Shown here: positions 9,271-20,101 of the stretch, one piece after another
Layout of the letters: the number at the start of each line of letters is the position of its first letter
How positions within the stretch are numbered: the first letter of the stretch is position 1
From: Synechococcus sp.
GTDB lineage: Bacteria > Cyanobacteriota > Cyanobacteriia > Thermostichales > PCC-7336
Assembly (NCBI GenBank): GCA_051439605.1
Contig: JBFRWN010000019.1
Coordinates: 1 to 36,789 of the forward strand
Direction of reading: 5' to 3'
Length of the DNA: 36,789 nt
Made by a program: the position numbers and the translations under genes
The notes under the pieces: model-generated
Told to the model about the DNA's origin: nothing
Databases searched by the model: none
What the model saw: the letters and a program-made list of their open reading frames with translations, nothing else

Positions 9271-10764
9271 ATGAATGAAAGCAGGGTTTCAGGGGCTGGC
9301 AAACAAGTTTCTACCCAGTTGCGAATGAGGCCATTGTGGCTGGCTTTGGCACTGGGTTTTACTCTGGGGGCGGGAGCGCTAGGGATACAGGTATTGGCCG
9401 GCAGTAGCTTTGCATCGGCACCGTTTGGCAGAGTGAAAACCTGGGGAAATGGCGATAGCGATCTTCGAAAGGCTTCAGCTCTTAACTTAAGCTCAGAAAA
9501 TCGAGCGCCAGAGCATCCAGTTGCTCGCTCTTCGCTCGCATTGACGGCAGACCCACAACCCGCGTCCGGCAAGCTATATTTACCCAATCCACCTGTCCCA
9601 GAGCTGGAAATACCCGAGAAAGTGGCTCAAAACGTTATCCCTGCGGCTCTTCCTCCGGTGTCGTCGGAGTACCAAACTTACGTCGATCGCTTTTTAGATC
9701 GCCTTCAGTCCCAGGGGTTTACGCCACAGGGCCAAGGAGTCATGTTTGTATCTCTAGACGGGTTTGAACTGGCAGGGCATCAGCCCACCCAAAGCTTGCC
9801 AGCAGCCTCAGTTACAAAACTAGCTACCAGTTTGGCCGCCCTGGAGATTTGGGGGCCCGAACACCGATTTACGACTCGAATTTATACCGTGGGAGAAGTG
9901 CGCGATCGCGTACTTTATGGCGACCTGATTGTGGTGGGTGATGGCGATCCTTACTTTGTTTGGGAGGATAGCTTCGCGCTTGGGTCTGAAATTAATCGGT
10001 TGGGTATTCGCCACGTGACTGGGGATTTCAGGGTGCTGAATTCCTTTTACATGAACTACTCTACAAACCAGACTAGAAGCGCAGAACTCCTGCGGTGGGG
10101 GATGCATCAATCTTTATGGCCCCAAGCAGCCCGCAGCCAATACGTTAAATGGGCTCTCCTGCATCCCCTCGCCCCTACACCTAACCTCAGTTTCTCTGGA
10201 AAAATTGAAACTGGCGGGGTCTTACCCGAGTCTGCCTCCCTCTTGCTCGAACACCATTCTCCTCCTCTGACCGATATTCTCAAAGCCCTCAATAGCTTCA
10301 GCAACAACGCCATGGCAGATATGCTGGCCAGCCGTATGGGGGGAATCTCCAAGCTTGTGGATGCAGTGGTGCCGTTCGTACCCCAAGGAGAAATGCAGGT
10401 GGTCACCGCTTCGGGGTTGGGACGAGGGAATCAGTTTTCTCCCAGAGCGGTAGTGGGCATTCTAGCCGCCCTAGATCGGATAGCCCGGCAAGAGGGATTA
10501 AAGTTAGAGGACTGGTTGCCTGTGGTGGGGCAAGATCCAGGAACCCTGAGGCGACGTACGGCTCCTACCGGAACCGCGGCCAAGAGTGGCACGTTGAATA
10601 GCGTGGCTACGCTGGCAGGAATCCTGCCCGATCGCACGTATTTTGTTCTGCTCAACCAAGGGTGGGATTTAGCTTCCATTCGATCTCAGCAGGATCGGCT
10701 GCTGCGGGAAGTGTTACAAGTGTCTGTAGATCTCGATTCCCCACAGGTTGATGCAAGCAATTAA
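9271..10764 (+). CDS. dacB: D-alanyl-D-alanine carboxypeptidase/endopeptidase (peptidase S13, PBP4-like)
   Basis: N-terminal TM; SxxK (ASVTK), GDGDP, SxN (SNN) and KSG motifs. Confidence 0.85.
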   Translation: MNESRVSGAGKQVSTQLRMRPLWLALALGFTLGAGALGIQVLAGSSFASAPFGRVKTWGNGDSDLRKASALNLSSENRAPEHPVARSSLALTADPQPASGKLYLPNPPVPELEIPEKVAQNVIPAALPPVSSEYQTYVDRFLDRLQSQGFTPQGQGVMFVSLDGFELAGHQPTQSLPAASVTKLATSLAALEIWGPEHRFTTRIYTVGEVRDRVLYGDLIVVGDGDPYFVWEDSFALGSEINRLGIRHVTGDFRVLNSFYMNYSTNQTRSAELLRWGMHQSLWPQAARSQYVKWALLHPLAPTPNLSFSGKIETGGVLPESASLLLEHHSPPLTDILKALNSFSNNAMADMLASRMGGISKLVDAVVPFVPQGEMQVVTASGLGRGNQFSPRAVVGILAALDRIARQEGLKLEDWLPVVGQDPGTLRRRTAPTGTAAKSGTLNSVATLAGILPDRTYFVLLNQGWDLASIRSQQDRLLREVLQVSVDLDSPQVDASN

Positions 10765-10996
10765 GCAAATTGTCGATCGCGTTCTCGTTGCAGCCATCTT
10801 TGCTGTATTTGGGGCATTTGCTTGGTTTGCAGTGGCGGTGTCTGGGGCGGCGATGGGGATGTCGTTGGGGTATGGCCTGTGGCTAAAACTTTGGCAGCCC
10901 TTGTTTCAACCCATTTTAGGAGTGGTGATGGCAGGGGCGTTATTGAGCGGTACCTGGAGTTGGATTCAGAGGCAGCGGGAGAGATTTTCACAGTAA
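10751..10996 (+). CDS. Conserved cyanobacterial small membrane protein (2 TM), overlapping the dacB stop
   Basis: Hydrophobic 81-aa ORF with an LW.KLWQPLF.P..G..M.GALLSG pattern recalled from cyanobacterial hypothetical proteins; the 14-bp overlap suggests translational coupling. Confidence 0.7.
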   Translation: MQAIKQIVDRVLVAAIFAVFGAFAWFAVAVSGAAMGMSLGYGLWLKLWQPLFQPILGVVMAGALLSGTWSWIQRQRERFSQ

Positions 10997-11248
10997 TTGC
11001 GACAGTTTGGGCGAGTGAAGGGTCAATGACTAAAGGCCCGACACACCGCGTGAATGAGCCAAATTCCATATCTGGCTAAATCTGATGCGGACGATCGCCG
11101 CAGTCTCTCAGCCAAATAAACCACGATTTGTAGCAGTTATCTTAAGTTCGATTGTGCTGTAAGGGCGATCGCTGTCCTCACCAGCAGAAGCAGACTACAT
11201 TTCATGGCAGGAGTGACCGTTGCGACCGGTTGAAGGCCGGATACTGCC

Positions 11249-12271
11249 ATGAAATTCTACGTGCTTGAGGCATTTGGGCTACTGCTGAAAACCATGCCCT
11301 TTATCCTGATTCGGTTGGGAACCTATGCCCTGCTGGGGTTAGGGCTGGCCATCTATTTCGCGATCGCAGGTGGAATTGCCTGGTTATTGGGGCAATTGCT
11401 GGGTCCTTTGGGGGTGATTGTGTTTCTAATTGCGGTTGCGGGTGCTTGGGGCATTGTGCAGTGGGCCACAAAATACTTTTTTTACTTGCTCAAAGCAGCC
11501 CATACAGCTGTGATGACCGAAATTATTGTCACGGGGCAGCTGCCGCCAGGGTCGCAGGTGGCCTACGGCAAACAGCAGGTGACCGAGCGATTCCGCGATA
11601 CCAGCATCATGTTTGCCGTCGACCAGTTGGTGGATGGAATTGTGCGTAGCTTTAATAACAAGTTCGCGCGTGTGGCAGATTTGTTGCCCATACCCGGCCT
11701 GGATAGCCTAGTGTCGGTGGTGCAAACAGTGGTGAAATTCGCCACGACCTTTGTGGATGAAGCAATTCTCAGTCGGGCTTATCGACAACGGGAGCACAAT
11801 GTGTGGGCGGTGGCGCGGGATGGGGTGATTTTGTACGCCCAAGCTTGGAAAACAGTCTTGGCCAATGCTGTTGCTCTTTCGTTGCTAAGCATTGTCGAAA
11901 TTTTGGTGGTTTTAGTGGTGCTGGGTTTGCCGGCGATTGCTTTAGGGTGGCTGGCTCCGGGGTTGAAAACCTCGTTGGGAATTTTGGTGTTACTGGCTGC
12001 TTGGATGTTCAAATTGGCCGTTACCGATGCCCACGCAATGGCCGCCACATTGCTGGCTTATCACCGCAGCACCGAAGGTTTAGAACCCGACCCTGAATGG
12101 CAGGAACGGTTGTCTGCTGTGAGTGACAAGTTTAGAGAACTGATGAAAAAGGCTGCTGAGGCGGTTGGAGAAATGAAAGGTCGGTTATCTTCAGTGACTG
12201 ACAACATGTCCGGTCAACCAGATGCTCCCCAGGGTAAAGGAGACCAATCGGAATTGGAACCGAATGGATAA
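11249..12271 (+). CDS. Hypothetical multi-pass membrane protein
   Basis: 340-aa ORF with two TM clusters (about aa 15-80 and 200-265) flanking an amphipathic region; followed by a terminator. Confidence 0.75.
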   Translation: MKFYVLEAFGLLLKTMPFILIRLGTYALLGLGLAIYFAIAGGIAWLLGQLLGPLGVIVFLIAVAGAWGIVQWATKYFFYLLKAAHTAVMTEIIVTGQLPPGSQVAYGKQQVTERFRDTSIMFAVDQLVDGIVRSFNNKFARVADLLPIPGLDSLVSVVQTVVKFATTFVDEAILSRAYRQREHNVWAVARDGVILYAQAWKTVLANAVALSLLSIVEILVVLVVLGLPAIALGWLAPGLKTSLGILVLLAAWMFKLAVTDAHAMAATLLAYHRSTEGLEPDPEWQERLSAVSDKFRELMKKAAEAVGEMKGRLSSVTDNMSGQPDAPQGKGDQSELEPNG

Positions 12272-12341
12272 GTTCACTCAATCTAGGCCTTTCATCATCA
12301 GCGTGACGAATGCGATGTAGGCCGCTGCGCTTCCAAATACA

Positions 12342-12372
12342 TAAGCCCCCACCTGAGAACGGTGGGGGCTTA
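12342..12372. terminator. Bidirectional terminator between convergent genes
   Basis: Perfect 12-bp stem TAAGCCCCCACC / GGTGGGGGCTTA with a 7-nt loop, between the 12271 (+) stop and the ahcY (-) stop at 12423. Confidence 0.8.
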
Positions 12373-12422
12373 CTTAATGCCTATCAACACTGATAGGGAA
12401 GACAAACCGAAAAGGAAAAAGC

Positions 12423-13808
12423 TTAGTACTTGTAGCTGTCAGACTTGTAAGGACCTGCCATAGGCACGTTGATGTAGTTGGCCTGTTGGTCGGTTAGCTG
12501 GGTAACGGTGCCGCCGAAGCCCTGCACCATATAGCGAGCCACTTCCTCATCCAGTTGCTTGGGCAGCACTTCAACCGTTAACGCTGTGGCCTTCTCCTCA
12601 GCCGGTAAATCGGCAAACTTACGCTCGAACAGGTACATTTGCGCCAGAACCTGGTTTGCGAAGGAGCCATCCATAATGCGAGAGGGGTGACCGGTGGCGT
12701 TACCCAAGTTCACCAAGCGACCTTCCGCCAGCAGAATGAGGAAGTCCTGAGGATCGTCGCTGCGATAAACCTGGTGTACCTGAGGTTTAACCTCCGCCCA
12801 ACGCCATGTACTGCGCATATAGGCGGTGTCGATTTCGTTATCGAAGTGACCGATGTTGCAGACAACAGCACCAGGCTTGAGGCTCTTGAGCATTTCTGCA
12901 TTGCAAACGTTGACGTTACCGGTGGCGGTGACCACCAAGTCAGTGTGATTCAGTAGGGCGTGGTTGATGCAATTTGCAGTCCCGTCGTTGATGCCGTTGA
13001 TGAAGGGGGAGACCACTTCGAAGCCGTCCATACAAGCTTGCATGGCGCAGATGGGATCCACTTCGGTCACTTTGACAATCATGCCTTCCTGACGCAGAGA
13101 GGCAGCAGAGCCTTTACCCACATCGCCATAACCAAGGACCAATGCCTTCTTGCCGGCCAGAAGATGGTCGGTGGCCCGCTTGATGGCATCGTTGAGGCTG
13201 TGGCGGCAGCCGTACTTGTTATCGTTTTTGGATTTAGTTATCGAGTCGTTAACGTTGATGGCGGGAACTTTGAGGGTGCCCGCTTCTAGCATCTCCAACA
13301 GGCGGTGAATGCCGGTGGTGGTTTCTTCGGTAACGCCGTGGATATTCTCCAGCATCTGAGGGTAGTTTTCGTGAATGTGGCTGGTGAGGTCGCCGCCATC
13401 ATCCAAAATCATGTTCGCATCCCACAACTGGCCGTCAGGGGTGCGGCAGGTTTGTTCGATGCACCAGATGTATTCCTCTTCGGTTTCCCCTTTCCATGCG
13501 AATACAGGCATACCCGACTCAGCGATCGCCGCAGCGGCATGGTCTTGGGTGGAGAAAATATTGCAGGAGGACCAGCGAACTTCGGCCCCCAACTCGCAGA
13601 GGGTCTCAATTAGGACCGCCGTCTGAATCGTCATATGGATGCAGCCAATAATCTTGGCTCCTTGCAGAGGCTTGGCCTGGCGATACTTGGCCCGAATGGC
13701 CATCAGGGCAGGCATTTCACTCTCGGCGATCGCAATTTCCTTGCGACCCCAACCGGCAAGGGAAATATCTGCGACTTTGTAATCTTTGGTTAGGACTTGA
13801 GTGCTCAT
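12423..13808 (-). CDS. ahcY: S-adenosyl-L-homocysteine hydrolase
   Basis: [58 protein letters not shown]. Confidence 0.97.
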   Translation of the reverse strand: MSTQVLTKDYKVADISLAGWGRKEIAIAESEMPALMAIRAKYRQAKPLQGAKIIGCIHMTIQTAVLIETLCELGAEVRWSSCNIFSTQDHAAAAIAESGMPVFAWKGETEEEYIWCIEQTCRTPDGQLWDANMILDDGGDLTSHIHENYPQMLENIHGVTEETTTGIHRLLEMLEAGTLKVPAINVNDSITKSKNDNKYGCRHSLNDAIKRATDHLLAGKKALVLGYGDVGKGSAASLRQEGMIVKVTEVDPICAMQACMDGFEVVSPFINGINDGTANCINHALLNHTDLVVTATGNVNVCNAEMLKSLKPGAVVCNIGHFDNEIDTAYMRSTWRWAEVKPQVHQVYRSDDPQDFLILLAEGRLVNLGNATGHPSRIMDGSFANQVLAQMYLFERKFADLPAEEKATALTVEVLPKQLDEEVARYMVQGFGGTVTQLTDQQANYINVPMAGPYKSDSYKY

Positions 13809-14322
13809 GGTTCTGTCTAGAGATTCAGGTTAACTGCCTGGCTAATGTGTGTTTCGAACTTGAGGAATTGGATGGATGCAAACTAAATCAATCGACAACA
13901 GTCCCAGACAAGGTGACAGTCTTCGACTCGGCGATCGGTCTCAAAATCAGCGAAAGTTCTTCGACAATCGACAGTGAGATAGCAAGTCGTGACCCATCAG
14001 CTGTTCTGGAACGTTGAATTTTCCGATATCTAGACCACTGAGTGGACTAGCATCTCGACTCCAGATTTCGCTCGATTCGTCACAGTTAGGAGGCAGACTT
14101 GCCTATTCGCTGCGATGTATTCAAGAAGCATTGTAGCGCAAGGGCGGAATGCTTATGGGAATGAACGTGTATGGTCAAGATCAATGGTCGATAGAGAATC
14201 CCCTGGAGCGGTTTAAGGAGAATCTTTGGGCGCGATCGCCTGCCTCTGATGTTGTTCCACACCTGGATGCCTGTGCTGACCCAATCAACAGTTTTGGAGC
14301 AAGAGGCTGTCCGCAGAACAAA

Positions 14323-15429
14323 CTAACCGAAACTGACCGTTAGGTAGGGCTCTTGGAATTTTGCCCCAGTTACCTGTCGTCCCGCCAAACCTTTAGGTAG
14401 TGCTAGATTTCGCCGCTGATCTCCAGCCGTGATCGTGAGTTCGGGGCCAGATTGGCTGAGCTCAATTTGAGACTTGCTAAATCCTGGAATGAAAAGTTTT
14501 ACCGTACGTTGGCTCAGACTGATATCCACCGGTGGCGGTACAGAAGGTGGAGCTAGCACTGGTGCAACCGCATCCACTAACAACGACCAATCGCCACTGG
14601 CGAGAGCCGGAACTGCATGCACGGGAATGGGCTCGAAGTTATGCGCTCCCACAGTGCCACTGCCTTGAGAGGTGACAAATGCCCCCCCCACAGTCAGTCC
14701 TACCATTTGGGCGCTGCCCCACAAGAAACGGGCGGTGTCCACAGCCACTGAATCCTGAGAGGTGACTAGATAGGCACGCACTCGGTTGGGGTTGTCGATC
14801 GCGGTTTTGCCTTCATCCAGCAGGTCAGTGCCCTTGCCGCTGCGCGCCTGGGAAATGAGTTCATCCGCCGATGGAGCAGCACCTGAAGTGACTGCTTGCA
14901 GCAGGGGATCGGCGAAAGGGCGCAGGGTGCGGAAGAGATCGGAGTTAAAAAAGGCGTCTGAGGCTCTGCGTCGGTACCAGCTACCGACCTCAGGGGTGCC
15001 AAAAGAGCGCAGAGTAGCCAAGTTTCCGGTGCCATCGTAAACGATGGCATCGTATTTGCCACTGCTATAAAAATCTCTTAGAGCGTACAAGGCCGTGGCA
15101 TCATCCATTCCCGGCAAAACGGGGATTTCTTGTGGATAAATCTGTTTGAAAAAAGGCTTGTCGAGATATTGTTTTTCGAACGCCTTAACCATCTCCCAGC
15201 CGCTTTCCAGCGAGCTAGTCCCTCGCAGTTGAACCGCACTCAGATTGGTTTCAACTGGCTGAGGCTCGTGGGTTAGCGTTACCCCCAGTAGAAATGACGC
15301 CGAGAGGCCAATCTCGTGGCTGACAAACAGCGTTCGCTTACCTTGTTGTGCGGCTGCTTTAGCCGCAGCGATCGCCACTGTGGTTTTGCCAGCGCCACCT
15401 TTACCCAGAAATGTGAGGATTAAACTCAT
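14323..15429 (-). CDS. ArsA/Get3-family ATPase of the Get3d (All4481-like) type with C-terminal alpha-crystallin-like domain
   Basis: FLGKGGAGKTT P-loop, PGMD, YD..VYDG, no CxxC, C-terminal 'LFIPGFSK.QIELSQSGPELTITAGDQRRN..LP' domain. Confidence 0.85.
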   Translation of the reverse strand: MSLILTFLGKGGAGKTTVAIAAAKAAAQQGKRTLFVSHEIGLSASFLLGVTLTHEPQPVETNLSAVQLRGTSSLESGWEMVKAFEKQYLDKPFFKQIYPQEIPVLPGMDDATALYALRDFYSSGKYDAIVYDGTGNLATLRSFGTPEVGSWYRRRASDAFFNSDLFRTLRPFADPLLQAVTSGAAPSADELISQARSGKGTDLLDEGKTAIDNPNRVRAYLVTSQDSVAVDTARFLWGSAQMVGLTVGGAFVTSQGSGTVGAHNFEPIPVHAVPALASGDWSLLVDAVAPVLAPPSVPPPVDISLSQRTVKLFIPGFSKSQIELSQSGPELTITAGDQRRNLALPKGLAGRQVTGAKFQEPYLTVSFG

Positions 15430-15583
15430 TGTGCAAATGTTTGATGATGATTACCTATCCTGACACTGTTCGCTTAGCGGGCGTAAAGAATTGCGCGCTA
15501 ACCAGGCAATCGGAAAGACAGTTTGCTGAGGTAGGAACAGTTCTCCCGAATTGAGGATTTTTCCATGCGGATAAGACAAGTAA

Positions 15584-15898
15584 CTATGTACTGCTTCCGG
15601 TATCCGCAGAATCTTGCGTTGATTCCTGCATCAACCTTTGCAATTTTGGGCTGGGGACAAATGCTGGCAAGCGGGCAGCCGGAACCATAACCGGCTGACG
15701 GGTGCGCGGGTGCAACGTTTGGCGAGACTTGCGCTGTCGAGTCTTGAACGTGCCAAAGTTACTGAGGGTAACCGCTTCATCCCGTGCAAGTGCTGCAGAG
15801 ATGGCATCGCAGGTTGCATCTACTGCGGCAGAAGCCAGTCGGATCGATAAACCATCAACCTGCTCAGCCACCTGACGAGCTAACGTGCTCCGATCCAT
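15584..15898 (-). CDS. HU/IHF-family DNA-binding protein (divergent)
   Basis: V.L..FGTF....R..R...P.T.....PA...P.F.P pattern; GAGG-type RBS upstream. Confidence 0.85.
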   Translation of the reverse strand: MDRSTLARQVAEQVDGLSIRLASAAVDATCDAISAALARDEAVTLSNFGTFKTRQRKSRQTLHPRTRQPVMVPAARLPAFVPSPKLQRLMQESTQDSADTGSST

Positions 15899-16015
15899 AG
15901 CACCCTCAGTAATTTTGCAAAGTCGACAATTTAATATAGCGGCAGCAAAGTGAATGTCTAGAGTCAGCCCCTTGAAGGGTTGGTCCCAAGAAAGCGGAGC
16001 CTACGAATTCAAGAT

Positions 16016-16210
16016 TTATGCTGTGGCTAGTTCTTTCTCATAGAACCAAGCGACAGTATTGTCCTCAAATTCAACAAGGTAGCCAATAGTGCTGCCGTCA
16101 AGGATCCGGTTACCAGTAACGGTGCCAACTGAACCGATGCGCTCCTCAAACTCGGACTGACCGCGATCGGCTAGGGCTTGGATTTTAACTTTATCTCCCA
16201 CGCGGAGCAT
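16016..16210 (-). CDS. petP: PetP / DUF2862 (cytochrome b6f-associated SH3-like subunit)
   Basis: 64 aa from the ATG at 16210: VG.KV.I..L.DR......IG..G.V......DGS.IG..VEF.D....WF.E.EL. Confidence 0.8.
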   Translation of the reverse strand: MLRVGDKVKIQALADRGQSEFEERIGSVGTVTGNRILDGSTIGYLVEFEDNTVAWFYEKELATA

Positions 16211-16338
16211 AACGAGTGATTCCTTCAGCGATGATTTAGAAAGCAAACGTTTAAGAAACGTTGTTAATAGTGGCACTGCTTAACCGCAGCGGTGCTGTTG
16301 AGATAGTACGGCAAAACGTCAGCCACGGAGGCACCTTT

Positions 16339-17109
16339 TTGAGCGAAACCCAACAAGACTGGATTGCGGTTGCACTAGGGAATAGCCGCAGCCTGTGGGG
16401 ATGGTACAGAGACGATCGCCTTCTGCGGTGGCAGCGGTGTTTGCCTGCAGGACAACCCGATTGGGTGACCCATGCTGGTAGTACCCCCATTGTGTTGGCA
16501 GAAGTCGGTAGTCCCGAACACCGTCCTCCGTTACTCAATGCCATGCTCGAACGGGACCTCTCCAGCATCTGCGTTCTCTCTCCAACTTTGGTGCCGCTCG
16601 AGAATCAGTACGAAAGCTTGGGGCTCGATCGCTCGTTAGTTCTGGTGGGGGCTGCTTCCCGCTGGGGTTGGCCAACGTTGGTGGTGGATGGGGGCACGGC
16701 ACTGACTCTTTCTGCCGCCAATTCCCAAGGGCAGTTTGAGGGCGGGGCTATTCTGCCGGGTTTGGAGTTACAGGGGCGATCGCTGCACGACTACACGGCT
16801 GCCCTGCCTCAGGTTCAGTTCCACTATCGCCAGCACAATTTGCCACGCTGGGCCACGTCCACCGAAGGGGCTATCCGTAGCGGAATTTATTACGGAGCCC
16901 TAGCTACCGTTCAATCCTTTATCAGTGACTGGAGGGACCGTTATCCCAACAGCATCACGGTCTTCACTGGGGGGGATGGGGAATTATTGCATCAAGGGGT
17001 TGCGATCGCAGATAGCCATTATGATGCTGCTTTGATATTGCGGGGCATGTTAGTTTGCTGGCAAGCCAAACGGCACGAGGGCATCTCTGATGCTGTCCGT
17101 CATGAATGA
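16339..17109 (+). CDS. coaX: Type III pantothenate kinase; TTG start at 16339 preferred
   Basis: GNSR, SLGLDR, VVDGGTALT, GGAILPG, TGGDG; GGAGG RBS at 16327-16331. Confidence 0.9.
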   Translation: MSETQQDWIAVALGNSRSLWGWYRDDRLLRWQRCLPAGQPDWVTHAGSTPIVLAEVGSPEHRPPLLNAMLERDLSSICVLSPTLVPLENQYESLGLDRSLVLVGAASRWGWPTLVVDGGTALTLSAANSQGQFEGGAILPGLELQGRSLHDYTAALPQVQFHYRQHNLPRWATSTEGAIRSGIYYGALATVQSFISDWRDRYPNSITVFTGGDGELLHQGVAIADSHYDAALILRGMLVCWQAKRHEGISDAVRHE

Positions 17110-17226
17110 ACGAACATTTTTAGATGGCCCGAGTCGTATGTCTAAGCCCTTGATTGGCAAAGCTTCCACTAGAGTCTGAGTGATATGATCGCCAGTGTCA
17201 CTAAACCAGGCATCAAGCACTGACTC

Positions 17227-20088
17227 ATGATCCAAGCCCTGCAGAGAATTTTGGGCGATCCCAACGATCGCAAGGTGAAGCAGTATCGACCACAGGTCAA
17301 GCTGATCAACTCGCTCGAGATTGAAATTGCTTCCCTTTCGGATCAGCAACTGCAGGCCAAAACCACCGAGTTTCGCCAGCGCCTGGCTAACGGCGAACCG
17401 CTTGACGATCTCGTTCCCGAATCGTTTGCTGTTGTGCGGGAAGCCTCCAAGCGCGTGCTGGGGCTGCGGCATTACGATGTCCAGCTGATCGGGGGGATGG
17501 TGCTCCATCGTGGGGAAATTGCTGAGATGAAAACCGGGGAAGGCAAAACCCTGGTCTCCACTCTGCCCGCTTACCTGAACGGTCTCACCCAAAAGGGCGT
17601 TCACATTGTGACCGTGAACGACTATTTGGCCCGCCGTGACGCCGAATTGATGGGTCAGGTGCATCGTTTCTTAGGGGTTACTGTTGGCTTGATCCAGAAC
17701 GGGATGCCGGGGGCGGAAAAGAAACGCAACTACGGCTGCGATATTACCTACTGCACGAACAGCGAGCTGGGTTTTGATTACCTGAGAGACAGCATGGCTG
17801 GCACGATTCAGGAGGTGGTTCAACGTCCGTTTAATTTCTGCATCATTGACGAGGTGGATTCCATTCTGGTGGATGAAGCCCGGACGCCGCTGATTATTTC
17901 TGGACAGGTGGATCGACCCACCCAGAAATATATGAAGGCAGCGGAAGTTGCCCAAAACCTGGAAGCAGGAGAAGAAGATTCTGGTGAAGGGGATTACGAA
18001 GTTGACGAAAAGGCCCGCAACGTCATTCTGACGGACGAAGGCTTTGAGAAAGCAGAGCAGCTGTTGAGGGTCACGGACCTGTTCGATCCCAAAGACCCCT
18101 GGGCTCACTATATTTTCAACGCGGTTAAGGCAAAGGAACTCTTTACCAAAGATGTGAACTACATCGTTCGCAATAAAGAAGTGGTGATTGTGGATGAGTT
18201 CACCGGCCGCGTTATGCAAGGACGTCGCTGGTCTGATGGCCTGCACCAAGCATTAGAGGCAAAAGAGCGCGTACCCATCCAGAAGGAAACCCAGACGCTG
18301 GCTTCAATCACCTACCAGAATCTGTTCCTGCTCTATCCCAAGTTGTCTGGTATGACCGGTACCGCCAAAACCGAGGAGGCGGAATTCGGCAAAACCTACA
18401 ATCTTGAAGTAACTGTGGTGCCCACCAACAAACCCAATATCCGTCGGGATGCTCCAGATGTGGTTTACAAGAACGAACGCGCCAAGTGGTTGGCGGTGGC
18501 CAACGAAATCAAGGAGATGCACGAAATGGGACGCCCGACGCTGGTGGGCACCACTAGCGTGGAGAAGTCCGAAATTCTCTCCAGCATTCTGAAGCAGATG
18601 AAGATTCCTCATAATCTGCTGAATGCAAAACCGGAGAATGTGGAGCGGGAGTCTGAGATTGTGGCCCAAGCGGGCCGTCGCGGTGGGGTGACCATTTCCA
18701 CCAACATGGCGGGTCGAGGCACTGACATTATCCTGGGGGGCAACGCCGAATTTATGGCTCGCCTCAAAGTCCGCGAGCGCCTCATGCCTAAGCTGGTGCG
18801 TCTCGAGGACCCCACGACTGCAATGGTGGGAGCTGCTAAAGGCAAAGGCAAAGGATTCTCCCCCAGCGGCAAACCGAAAAACTGGGCGATCGCCCCAGAG
18901 TTTTATCCCTGCGAGCTATCGGCGAACATCAGCGAACGGCTGGATAAAGCAGTAGAGGCCTCCGTTTCCAAATATGGCCCCAACCGTATGCAGGAATTGC
19001 AGGTGGAGGAAATCTTGGCGGTGGCTTCTGAAAAGGGGCCCGTAAGCGATCCAGTAATATTGCACATTCGCGAGGTGTTCCAGCACATTCGGGATGAATA
19101 CGAGACCGTCACCGATGCCGAGCACGAAGACGTGGTGAAGCTGGGTGGTCTGCACGTTATCGGTACCGAGCGCCACGAATCCCGGCGCATTGACAATCAA
19201 CTGAGAGGTCGTTCTGCCCGTCAAGGGGACCCTGGGTCTACCCGGTTCTTCCTCAGTCTGGAGGACAATCTCCTGCGTATCTTTGGAGGAGATCGCATCG
19301 GTCGCCTGATGGATATGTTCCGCGTTGAAGAGGATATGCCCATCGAGCACCCCATGCTGACCGGCAGCCTGGAAAACGCCCAGAAGAAAGTCGAAACTTA
19401 CTATTACGACATCCGCAAGCAGGTTTTCGAGTACGACGAAGTGATGAACAATCAGCGTAAGGCGATTTACGCCGAACGCCGCCGAGCTTTGGAAGGGGAA
19501 AACCTGCGGGATAAAATGCTGGATTACTGCGGCAACACCATGGATGACGTGGTCAGTGCTTACGTGAATCCGGACCTGCCACCGGAGGAATGGGAACTGG
19601 ACAAGCTGGTGGGCAAGGTGCAGGAATTTGTGCCGCAGTTGAGCGAGTTAAAGGCGGAAGACATCGGCGAGATGCCCTTCGACGACATGAAGGCTTACCT
19701 GACCGAGCAAATTCAACTAGCCTACGAATCTCAAGAATCCTACGTCGATACCTTCCGCGAAGGATTAATGCGGGATGCCGAGCGGTTTTTCCTTCTGCAA
19801 CAGATCGACACACTGTGGCGGGAACACCTACAGCAGATGGATGCTTTGCGGGAGTCGGTCGGTCTGCGGGGGTACGGTCAAAAGGATCCCCTGATTGAGT
19901 ATAAGAACGAGGGCTACGAGCTGTTCTTGGACATGATGGTGGATATTCGCCGCAACACAGTTTACAGCCTGTTCCAGTTCAAGCCTCAAACTCCAGCGGC
20001 CCAGCAGGCGGCAGCGGTTGCTGCTGGCGAGGCTGACGGTGGTAGTGAAGGCGATAGCGGCGTAATTGAAGCTGAGTTTGAGGAGTAG
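17227..20088 (+). CDS. secA: Preprotein translocase subunit SecA
   Basis: [53 protein letters not shown]; cyanobacterial-type insertion; no SEC-C tail. Confidence 0.98.
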   Translation: MIQALQRILGDPNDRKVKQYRPQVKLINSLEIEIASLSDQQLQAKTTEFRQRLANGEPLDDLVPESFAVVREASKRVLGLRHYDVQLIGGMVLHRGEIAEMKTGEGKTLVSTLPAYLNGLTQKGVHIVTVNDYLARRDAELMGQVHRFLGVTVGLIQNGMPGAEKKRNYGCDITYCTNSELGFDYLRDSMAGTIQEVVQRPFNFCIIDEVDSILVDEARTPLIISGQVDRPTQKYMKAAEVAQNLEAGEEDSGEGDYEVDEKARNVILTDEGFEKAEQLLRVTDLFDPKDPWAHYIFNAVKAKELFTKDVNYIVRNKEVVIVDEFTGRVMQGRRWSDGLHQALEAKERVPIQKETQTLASITYQNLFLLYPKLSGMTGTAKTEEAEFGKTYNLEVTVVPTNKPNIRRDAPDVVYKNERAKWLAVANEIKEMHEMGRPTLVGTTSVEKSEILSSILKQMKIPHNLLNAKPENVERESEIVAQAGRRGGVTISTNMAGRGTDIILGGNAEFMARLKVRERLMPKLVRLEDPTTAMVGAAKGKGKGFSPSGKPKNWAIAPEFYPCELSANISERLDKAVEASVSKYGPNRMQELQVEEILAVASEKGPVSDPVILHIREVFQHIRDEYETVTDAEHEDVVKLGGLHVIGTERHESRRIDNQLRGRSARQGDPGSTRFFLSLEDNLLRIFGGDRIGRLMDMFRVEEDMPIEHPMLTGSLENAQKKVETYYYDIRKQVFEYDEVMNNQRKAIYAERRRALEGENLRDKMLDYCGNTMDDVVSAYVNPDLPPEEWELDKLVGKVQEFVPQLSELKAEDIGEMPFDDMKAYLTEQIQLAYESQESYVDTFREGLMRDAERFFLLQQIDTLWREHLQQMDALRESVGLRGYGQKDPLIEYKNEGYELFLDMMVDIRRNTVYSLFQFKPQTPAAQQAAAVAAGEADGGSEGDSGVIEAEFEE

Positions 20089-20101
20089 TAGCGCGGGCTA
20101 G

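Noticed and set aside
13809..14322. SAH or SAM riboswitch upstream of ahcY
   Set aside because: The conserved SAH core (GAGGAGCG.TGC / AGGCTC) and SAM-I motifs were not found on the minus strand by eye; an Rfam cmscan would settle it.
17050..19898. Long antisense and alternate-frame ORFs over secA (also over ahcY, coxA and lpxD)
   Set aside because: Shadow ORFs produced by codon bias in conserved genes.
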